Origin: an uncultured Erysipelotrichaceae bacterium
GTDB lineage: Bacteria; Bacillota_I; Bacilli_A; RF39; UBA660
Length of the DNA stretch: 32,232 bases
Direction: 5' to 3'
NCBI GenBank assembly: GCA_902766545.1
Contig: CACXEC010000053.1
Location: forward strand, 1 to 32,232
Positions 17,099 through 25,600 of this stretch are shown piece by piece. The notes under the pieces are model-generated. The model worked only from the letters and a program-made list of their open reading frames with translations. It did no database searches and was not told where the DNA came from. Both the position numbers and the translations under genes were made by a program. Numbering within the stretch: the stretch's first letter is position 1; each line of letters opens with the position of its first letter.

Positions 17099-17793
17099 AA
17101 AACAGTTTTGTAGAAAAGATTTATACTAAAAAAAGTATTGAAAGAATTAAGAAAAAGAATCGTTTACTAGGAATTAAGTATAATTATGATATTAACTCAT
17201 TAATGACAAGTCATTTATTTATAAGTATATTTATTTTTATAATAATCTCTATTTTAAGTAGAAATATAATTATATCTATAATTATAACTTTAATATATTT
17301 TTGTTTTATGGAATATCTATTTTTTGATTTTAGATTAAGAAAAAGAGCTCATCTTTTAGAAAAAGAAGCGTTTTTTTACTTTCAAATATTATGTTTAACT
17401 TTAGAATCTGGAAGTAATTTAAAAGGAGCCATTGAAATAACTTGTAATAATTTAGATAATACTTTAAGTAATGAATTTAAGAAATGTATTGAGGATGTAA
17501 ATCTGGGAAAAAGTTTAAATGAAACTTTAGAAGATTTATCTCTTAGAATTCCAAGTGATGTAGTTAATAATATTATTTTAAATTTATTAGAATCTAATAT
17601 CTATGGAAATAATATGATTTCATCTTTAAATAATCAGTTATTATACTTAAATGATAAATTATTACTTGAAGCTAAAGCTAAAATAAATAAAATGCCAGTA
17701 AAAATAAGTATTGTTAGTGTTTTAATATTTGTACCATTAATAATGCTTATTATATTAGGCCCAATTATAATAACACTTATTAACAACAGTTAA
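17095..17793 (+). CDS. tadC: Type II secretion system F-domain platform protein, TadC-like
   Basis: 232 aa. T2SSF-like segment (FQILCLTLESGSNLKGAIEITCNNLDNTLSNEFKKCIEDVNLGKSLNETLEDL) flanked by TM helices. ATGA overlap with tadB. Confidence 0.7.
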   Translation: MKNSFVEKIYTKKSIERIKKKNRLLGIKYNYDINSLMTSHLFISIFIFIIISILSRNIIISIIITLIYFCFMEYLFFDFRLRKRAHLLEKEAFFYFQILCLTLESGSNLKGAIEITCNNLDNTLSNEFKKCIEDVNLGKSLNETLEDLSLRIPSDVVNNIILNLLESNIYGNNMISSLNNQLLYLNDKLLLEAKAKINKMPVKISIVSVLIFVPLIMLIILGPIIITLINNS

Positions 17794-17814
17794 GGTATAT
17801 TTAATACCTTTTTT
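17792..17814 (+). terminator. Short rho-independent terminator after tadC
   Basis: 7-bp stem aaggtat (17792-17798) / atacctt (17804-17810), 5-nt loop, TTTT. It is weak enough that read-through is plausible. Confidence 0.55.
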
Positions 17815-17815
17815 C

Positions 17816-17844
17816 TTGTATTTTTTTTTAATTTATAGTACTAT
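17816..17844 (+). promoter_or_regulatory. Candidate promoter of the giant sigma-like gene pair
   Basis: TTGTAT (17816-17821), 17-nt spacer containing a T9 run (17821-17829), TACTAT (17839-17844). SD-like aagggaa lies about 10 nt before the ATG at 17870. Confidence 0.4.
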
Positions 17845-17869
17845 ATCTATCTAAAGGGAATGGGTTTGT

Positions 17870-20800
17870 ATGGTTGATATTAATAAAAAATATTTAACAG
17901 ATGAAGATTTTGAAAGTTTATTTACTGAGTATACTAATGGCTCAAAAAATGCTTTTAAATTAATAGTTCAAAAATCTTATGTATTAATAGATGATATTCT
18001 TAAAAGTTATGTAAGTAATGAAAAATATGACTATGAATTATTACATAAGATTTGTGAATTTGCTTTATTTGATGCAATTAAAACATATGATCCTCATAAA
18101 AGCTATAAAAATCATATAAAAATGTATATTTTATATAAAATAAAATCTTTTTTGGAAAAGAATCCTAATCCATCTATTAGTAAAGATAATACCTTAATAT
18201 TTGAAAATATTAATAAAGAATTAAAACTAAATATTACTTCAAAGGACTATTTAGACATTAGAGCAATTATTGAGCTTCAATCATCAAGAGTTAAAGTAAT
18301 TATCAAGCTTAGATATGGTTATAATGGAAATTGTTTGCCTCCAGAAGAAATAGCAAGAAAGTGCGGCTATAATCTTGATGCTGTCATCAACGCTATTAAT
18401 AATTTTAATAATCTACTTACTAAAAGATATTTAAAAGTAGAATATAAAAGTGAAGAACATAAAGAACTACCAAAAGAAAAAATATCTTTAAAAGATTCAA
18501 TATATGAATACTTCAGCGAATATACTAAAGAGGAAGTAAGATATGCGGTTGGTATTCTTCCCCTTAATTATAGAAATATTATATATTTAAAATATGGTAA
18601 TTTATTATCGGAAAATAACAATATTGATACTGATAATAATAATATAATTTATAATGAAATTATTGGTATAATTGAAAGTATTTTAATAAATTTTAGAAAA
18701 AATAAAAATAAGAAAAGTCTTTATGAATATTTCTTAGAATACTCAAAAGAAGAAGTTAAATCTGCAGTTATGCATTTACCTAAAAAGGAGAGTCGTTTAA
18801 TATACAAACGTTTTGGATATGATTTAACAAGTTTTACTTTTATTTCATCAGATGACATTGAGAAAATAAATAGTACTATAATTCCTCATATAAGATCATT
18901 ATTGAAAGATAAAAAATCATTACATCAAAAAAATATATTTGATTATTTTGCAGATTATTCTGAAGAGCAAGTTATACAAGCTATTAGTAAATTGGGAGAC
19001 AAGCAAAAAAGAATTATTTTTAGTAGATTTGGCGAAGGCTTAGATAGTAGTAATATAATTGATAGTTATGATTTAAAATTATTAGAAGAAATCATAATTC
19101 CAAGAATAAATACTATATTAAGTGAAAAATCATCATTATTTGATATAAATAATATTACTAAAGATAAATTAAAAAGTGCTTTAAAAAAATTATCCAATGA
19201 AGAACAAGTCCTTTTTTATAAGAAATTTATTAAAAAAGAATCATTAACTAGAAGTGAGTTAATTAAATTATATATTGAAATAATACCTAAACTAAAATCA
19301 TTAATTAATTCTAAAACGAACACTTGTGTTAATAAAAGATTTAAACCAATATATGATTATTTTGATGGGTTTACTATAGAAGAAGTGAATTCTGCAATTA
19401 GTAAGTTAGATGAAAAATATAAGAAAATATTGCATGCAAGATATGGTAATACTTTGGATGAATACCATCAAATACCTAGTAAAGATCGAACTTTAATTTA
19501 TAATGTAATAATTCCAAGACTAAGAAACGTTTTAAAAGGTAAAGATGTTAAAAATGACAGAAGAAAGTTAACTTTACTAGAACATTTTGATGGCTATACT
19601 TTAGAAGAAATTAAAGAAGCTATATCTAAGTTAAATGATAAAGATAAAGAAATAATATTTAAAGTATATGGAGAGTCTTTAGACGAATATCATTATATAT
19701 CTAAAGAAAATAAAAACGCATTATATACTATTAAACGCAAAATACAAAGAATTTTAAATAGTAAAAAACATAATAAATCTTTATTTGAACGAATAACCGA
19801 TTATGACGAAAGTCAAATCAGAAAAGCCATTTCTAATCTTGCGCCAAAACATCAAGAAGTGCTATATAAAAAATATGGCCGTGCTTTAAATGAATATTAT
19901 GATTTAACCAAAGAAGAAAATCAATATTTAACTTCAGTTGTTATTCCAAGACTTAAAAAAATCTTAAAAGGAAAAGCATTATTATCAACAAAGATAACCG
20001 AATTATTATCAGCTTCAACAGAAGAAATAAATCAAATAATTACTAAATTACCTTTTGAACATCAAACTATTGTTTATAAAAAGTATGGTAGGTTTCTAAA
20101 CGAATATAATAAAATAGATAAAGAAGAAAGCACAATATTTTACGGAACTATATTACCTAAAATGAAGAGAATGTTAAGTAAAAGAACTATTATTAAATAT
20201 ATTGGTGACTATTTTGATGGCTATAATATCGATGAAATAAAAAATGCTATTTCTAAACTTATTGCATCGAAACAAGAAATTATTTATAAAAAATTTGGAA
20301 TTAATTTAAATGAATCAAATCAGATACCTAGTAGTGAGCATACTATATTTAAAAGAGCAATAAAAGATATAAGAAATGTTTTAGAAGGGATAGATATTAA
20401 TCAAAGGTTTCAAACATTAATTAAAAGATTAGATGGTTATTCTTATGAAGATATAACAAAAGCGATTGGTTTTTTAGAACCAGAAAAAAGGGCTTTGTTT
20501 TATAAAAAATATGGAACATATTTAGATGAATATCATGTGATAACTAAGAAGGAAAATAGCATCATTGAAAATGCTATTGTTAGCTTAAAAAATCTATTAT
20601 CATGTAATAAAAAATCCATAAATATTTCATTAAGAGAATATTTTAAAGATTATTCTTTAGAAGAAATAAAAAATGTAATATCTAAATTAAAAACTAAAGA
20701 GCAAGAATTGTTATATTTAAAGTTTGGCGAAAACTTAGATGAATGTAATTTAATAAATAGTGAAAAAATAAAATCACTTGAAAAATTAGTTATCATAGTA

Positions 20801-22693
20801 GGAAAAAAACTAAGTGGGGAATTATCTGTTAAAGATAGAAAAATCAAATATAAAACCATATTTGACCACTTTGAAGGTTATCAAGCAGAAGATATTATAA
20901 ATGTAATAAACAGTTTAAATCCAGATGAACAAGAAATAATTTATAAAAAGTATGGATGCACATTAAATGATTATAATACTCTTAATAGAGAAGAAACAAT
21001 AAAACTATATTCAATTATCTCAAAAATGAAAAATATATTAAAACGCAAACAAGGAAAATGCGGCCGAAAATCACAAACAGTATATGAATTTTTAGGCACT
21101 GATTCAAAAGAAACAATATTATCTTTAGTCAAAAATTTAACTGATAAACAACAAAATGTTTTCTTTAAAAAATATGGCCATAATCTAGATGAAAATAATA
21201 CTTTGAATTCTAGCGAAAACTCTTTATTTTATGGAATTGTTATACCCAATATGAAGAGACTTGTTAATAAAGAACCAGAAAAACACCGTGGACCTAAGAA
21301 TAAGCATTTTAGTGATTATTTTAAAGAATATACAAAAGAAGAATTATTAAGTGCAATTGCATTATTAAGCATAGAAGAGCAAGAAATCATTTTCAAACGA
21401 TTTGGTAAAAATTTAGATGAAATAAATACTATTAATAAAAATGAAACAATAAAGTTACATAATACAATCATTTCACATTTAAGAAAATTACTAAGTGGAG
21501 AAAAAGTACAAACTAGAAAAAGAAAAACATTTATTTCATATTTTGAAGGATACACAATAGATGAAATAATAAATGCAATTAGTGTTTTAGATGAAAAATA
21601 CCAAGAATTAATATATAAAAAGTATGGACACACTTTAGATGAGTATAATAAAGTTTCTAATAATGAAAATTGTATTATTAGTCAAAATATTATACCTAAA
21701 TTAAAATTAGTATTAAATGGTGAATTCCCTGTTAGGAAAATGAAAAAGATTTGGTATTATTTTGAAGAATATGCCAAAGAAGAAGTAATTAATGCCATAA
21801 GTAAATTATCAAACGAGGATCAAGAACTTATTCACAAAGTATTTGGTTTAGATTTAAATGAAATAAATAATTATACTGATACAGAAAAAACTAAAATAAC
21901 TAGGAGTTTATTTCCAAAAATAAAAAGATTATTATTAAATAATGACCATGTTAATAGTAATTTTATACCATTCTTTGATTATTTTAACGGATATAGTAAA
22001 GAAGAAGTATTATTGGCAATAAAAAGTTTAAGTAAAAAACACAAAGATATATTATTTAAAAGATATGGTCAAAACTTAATGGAACAAAATACAGCAAGTC
22101 ATAATGAAAAATCTATAATTAGACAGACAATTATTCCTAAGTTAAAAAAAGTGCTAAATAGAAAGATAATTAGACCAAGTAGTTTTTATGAACTTATTGG
22201 TTTATCTAGAGAAGAATTTTTAAGAAAGATAGAATTCTTATCGCCTGAAGAAAGAGAATCTTTGTATAAATATTTTGGCTATGATTTAGATAAAATAGAA
22301 TTCATTTCTAAAGATGAAGATTTAAAGACTGAAGTCGAAAATATAATTATTCCTAAAATTAGAAACATGGATATAAGTAAAGAAGTATTTAATTTTGATG
22401 CTTTAAGTCCAATTATTGAAAGTATCTTAAAAGAAGTTCCTAACGTAACAAAACTAGAAATAATCATTTTTATTTTAAGAATAGGTTTAGAAGCTAATGG
22501 ACCATATGATATGGATATGATAAGTGAGTATTTTAAATTATCACCATATGATATTAATCGTATAACTCTTAAAGTACTAAATGAAATAAGTGTTAATTTA
22601 GAAACTATTTATGATTATATTGCGAAAGGATTATCAAAAACAGAAGAAGTAAAACCATTAATGATTAATCCTATAGAAGGAGATAATAAATAA
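17870..22693 (+). CDS. Giant sigma-70-like protein 1. Degenerate region 2 plus region 4 head, 18 tandem ~70-aa region-4-like repeats, terminal HTH-like module.
   Basis: 1607-aa uninterrupted ORF. Aa 1-100 follow the sigma region 2 layout (NAFKLIVQKSYVLIDDILKSY...ELLHKICEFALFDAIKTYDP), but the WWIRQ signature is replaced by ILYKI. Aa 139-185 look like region 4 (RVKVIIKLRYGYNGNCLPPEEIARKCGYNLDAVINAINN). Repeats start at aa 211. No TM or signal peptide. Confidence 0.8.
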   Translation: MVDINKKYLTDEDFESLFTEYTNGSKNAFKLIVQKSYVLIDDILKSYVSNEKYDYELLHKICEFALFDAIKTYDPHKSYKNHIKMYILYKIKSFLEKNPNPSISKDNTLIFENINKELKLNITSKDYLDIRAIIELQSSRVKVIIKLRYGYNGNCLPPEEIARKCGYNLDAVINAINNFNNLLTKRYLKVEYKSEEHKELPKEKISLKDSIYEYFSEYTKEEVRYAVGILPLNYRNIIYLKYGNLLSENNNIDTDNNNIIYNEIIGIIESILINFRKNKNKKSLYEYFLEYSKEEVKSAVMHLPKKESRLIYKRFGYDLTSFTFISSDDIEKINSTIIPHIRSLLKDKKSLHQKNIFDYFADYSEEQVIQAISKLGDKQKRIIFSRFGEGLDSSNIIDSYDLKLLEEIIIPRINTILSEKSSLFDINNITKDKLKSALKKLSNEEQVLFYKKFIKKESLTRSELIKLYIEIIPKLKSLINSKTNTCVNKRFKPIYDYFDGFTIEEVNSAISKLDEKYKKILHARYGNTLDEYHQIPSKDRTLIYNVIIPRLRNVLKGKDVKNDRRKLTLLEHFDGYTLEEIKEAISKLNDKDKEIIFKVYGESLDEYHYISKENKNALYTIKRKIQRILNSKKHNKSLFERITDYDESQIRKAISNLAPKHQEVLYKKYGRALNEYYDLTKEENQYLTSVVIPRLKKILKGKALLSTKITELLSASTEEINQIITKLPFEHQTIVYKKYGRFLNEYNKIDKEESTIFYGTILPKMKRMLSKRTIIKYIGDYFDGYNIDEIKNAISKLIASKQEIIYKKFGINLNESNQIPSSEHTIFKRAIKDIRNVLEGIDINQRFQTLIKRLDGYSYEDITKAIGFLEPEKRALFYKKYGTYLDEYHVITKKENSIIENAIVSLKNLLSCNKKSINISLREYFKDYSLEEIKNVISKLKTKEQELLYLKFGENLDECNLINSEKIKSLEKLVIIVGKKLSGELSVKDRKIKYKTIFDHFEGYQAEDIINVINSLNPDEQEIIYKKYGCTLNDYNTLNREETIKLYSIISKMKNILKRKQGKCGRKSQTVYEFLGTDSKETILSLVKNLTDKQQNVFFKKYGHNLDENNTLNSSENSLFYGIVIPNMKRLVNKEPEKHRGPKNKHFSDYFKEYTKEELLSAIALLSIEEQEIIFKRFGKNLDEINTINKNETIKLHNTIISHLRKLLSGEKVQTRKRKTFISYFEGYTIDEIINAISVLDEKYQELIYKKYGHTLDEYNKVSNNENCIISQNIIPKLKLVLNGEFPVRKMKKIWYYFEEYAKEEVINAISKLSNEDQELIHKVFGLDLNEINNYTDTEKTKITRSLFPKIKRLLLNNDHVNSNFIPFFDYFNGYSKEEVLLAIKSLSKKHKDILFKRYGQNLMEQNTASHNEKSIIRQTIIPKLKKVLNRKIIRPSSFYELIGLSREEFLRKIEFLSPEERESLYKYFGYDLDKIEFISKDEDLKTEVENIIIPKIRNMDISKEVFNFDALSPIIESILKEVPNVTKLEIIIFILRIGLEANGPYDMDMISEYFKLSPYDINRITLKVLNEISVNLETIYDYIAKGLSKTEEVKPLMINPIEGDNK
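18500..22372 (+). repeat. In-frame tandem array of 18 coding repeats (~210-225 nt / ~70-75 aa each)
   Basis: Units start at IYEYFSEYTKEEV, LYEYFLEYSKEEV, IFDYFADYSEEQV ... FYELIGLSREEF. Each contains L-x4/5-[QKE]-x-hh-x-K-[KR]-[YF]-G-x-x-L-[DN]-E and ...IIP[KR]hKxhL. The repeats are diverged at the DNA level. Confidence 0.85.
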
Positions 22694-25600
22694 TGGATAA
22701 ATTAAAGATATTAAACTATATTAATAATAATTTAAAAAATAGTTCAGAGTTTAAAATAGTTTTTGATAATATTAGAAAATTATGTAAGTTTTTAGAAGAT
22801 ATTGATCCAGATGATATTCCATCACTTCTTGATGAATCAGAAGTTTTATATAACTATTTAAAAGTTTTGATTAAATTAGGAACTGGAAGAAATAAAAAAA
22901 CTCTAATTAAAGAGTATAGTGATAATGAAGTATTAAATACTTTAATAGATGCATATTTTGCAAAAGAAAACCAGTCAATAAATGCATGGCTTGAAAATGT
23001 ACAAGGAAAACTTTTAACGGATAGAGAAATAGAAGAACTTAGCATTAAGGCTAAAGCTGGAGATGTAAATGCTAGAAATACCATAATTGAAGCTAATTTA
23101 GGATTAATAAGATCTATTGCTGGTGTTTATAGTCAAAAAACTACTAAATTATCTTTTGATGAACTATTCCAAGAAGGCTTTTTTGGTTTAGAAAAAGCCG
23201 TAATGAAATATGACCCTAGTAAAAGTAAGTTTTCAACTTATGCTATTTGGTGGATAAGACAAGCAATAACAAGGTATATTTATGATAATGATCGTACAGT
23301 TAGAATTCCAGTTCATATGTTGGAAAAAATTAATAAGATGTTAAGAGTAAGGTCTAAACTTATTGCCGAATTAAACAGAGAAGTAACGTCTGAAGAAATA
23401 GCGAGTGCTATGGGTAAAGAGCCTGAAGAAATAGAATTTATGTTAGAGATAAGTACTCGTACAACTAGTTTAGATCAAAAAATAGATGATGAATCAGATG
23501 CTTCAAGCTTAAGTGATTTTATTCCAGATGATACTACATCTTACTTTGCAGATGATATTATAGATAAAGCCCATGGCTCTTTAGCTTGGGATATTGCTAA
23601 AAAAGTGCTAAGTAAAAGAGAGTATCAAGTACTATGTTATCGCTTTGGCAAATTTGATGGAAACGTATATACACTTGAAGAAACAGCTAATTTAATGGGT
23701 GGAAACAATTCTGTTACCAGAGAAAGAATTCGTCAGATAGAAGCAAAGGCCATACGTAAATTAAGTAGACCAAATATTAAAAATATACTTGATGAAAACA
23801 ATATGGAGAAAGTAAAAAATAATCCATTAACAATGGAAGAACCGCCTAAAGCAAAAGTTGCTATCGATTCAAGAACACTATTTGAAAGATTACCCGAGTT
23901 TACTGAAGAAGAGATTATTACGGGTTTAATGGAATTATCAGAGTATCAAAGAGGTATTTTATATCAAAAGTTTGGCTCTAATTTAAGAGAAGTTAATATA
24001 GTATCTAATACTAATGAAAATTATATTAAAAGTATTTTAAGAAAACTATCCGAATTATTAAGTGATATAAAATATAATCATGGTAAATCTTCTATTATCG
24101 ACTATTTTGTGGGTTATTCATTGGTAAGTATTAAATATGCTATAACATTTCTTACTTCTAAAGAAAGAGCGTTAATATATCAAAGATTTGGTAAGAACTT
24201 AGATGAATTCAATGAAGTAAATAATTTTTGCCGGGTAAAATTACAAACAATTATAATACCTAAAATGCTTGAGAAGCTTAATAAAAAAGTTAGTCCGGTT
24301 GTTGAAAAAAAATTAGAGATAATTTTTAGGGATGTTTCTAAAGATAAAATCATTAAAGCAATAAATTTTCTTTCTAATAATGAACAAAGAATAATATACG
24401 AAAGATTTGGTAAGAACTTAGATGAATTAAACAATATTAATGGTGGGGATATATTTGAACTATATGCAAATATTATTCCAAGATTAAAACAAATTTTAAA
24501 TGATGCATATTTAATGCAAGATGGTTACTCAATTCTATCTCATTTTGAGGGATATGGGGAAGAAGATGTTATTAATGCCTGCAATGAATTATTAAAAAAA
24601 GAAAAAGAAGCTTTACATGAAAAATTTGGTAATGATTTAAAACAATTAATGATTGTAAATGAAGAAACTTATAACAAAATATATAATATGATAATCCCCA
24701 AAATTCAAAAGATTTTAAATGGTGAAATAAAACATAATGGCAGATACTTTAAGCCAATAATGTCTTACTTTGAAGGCCATACAAAAGAAGAAGTGCTAGA
24801 GGCTATAGGTAGACTTGAGGAAAAATATCAAATTATTATTTATAAAAGATATGGAACAAACTTAGATATAAGTTATAATAGATTAAAAAAAGATTTAGAT
24901 GAAAGTTATGAGTTAACTACAAGCGAAATAAGAACGCTTCGTAATACGATTATTCCTAAAATTCAAAAGATTTTAAATGGTGAAAAAATTTATGCTGGTA
25001 ATCGTTTTAAGCCATTTGTGTCATATTTTGAAGGATATACCAAAGAAGAAATACTTGCAGCTATTGGCAAGCTTGATTCTAAGTGTCAAGATATAATATT
25101 TAGAAGATATGGACGCACTTTAGATGAGCAAAATGAAATACCTAAAAAGGAAATGGAAAAGATTTATAGTTCAATAATTCTAAGTATTAATAAAGCATTA
25201 AAAGGAGAAAAAACTCATATTGGACGTTTTAAACCTTTAATGTCATATTTTGAAGAATATACTAAAGAGGAATTATTATTAGCTATAAGTAATCTTGAAC
25301 AATCAGACCAAGATTTAATTTATAAAAGATATGGGCAAGATTTAGAAGAACAAAATACTGTATCTCAAGAAGATTTACGATATATACGAAGAATTATTAT
25401 TCCAAAATTAGAAGAATTAATTTGCCATAAACCTGTTAAAAGCAAGAATCTATTTGAATTATTAAATAAAAGTAAGGAAGAAGCATTAAGGATTATTGAA
25501 ATTATGCTAACAAAAGAAGAAAGAGAAGATTTATATAAATACTATGGTTATGATCTAGAAGAACCTAAAGAAGTTCCGTTAGATGAAGATTTTAGAAAAT

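Noticed and set aside
13230-17869. A hidden Flp pilin or prepilin peptidase gene within or flanking the Tad operon
   Set aside because: The genes are packed with overlaps. The only gaps (13230-13315, 16103-16120, 17794-17869) are occupied by terminator, promoter or RBS sequences and hold no ORF with a G/xxxxE[YF] leader.
20650-24434. Antisense ORFs 20650..20859, 21316..21633, 22279..22467, 22854..23084 and 24180..24434 (all minus strand) inside the giant genes
   Set aside because: They are S/F/L/I-rich mirror translations of the K/E/N-rich sense frame. The sense frame is continuous for 4.8 and 3.3 kb and carries conserved sigma motifs.
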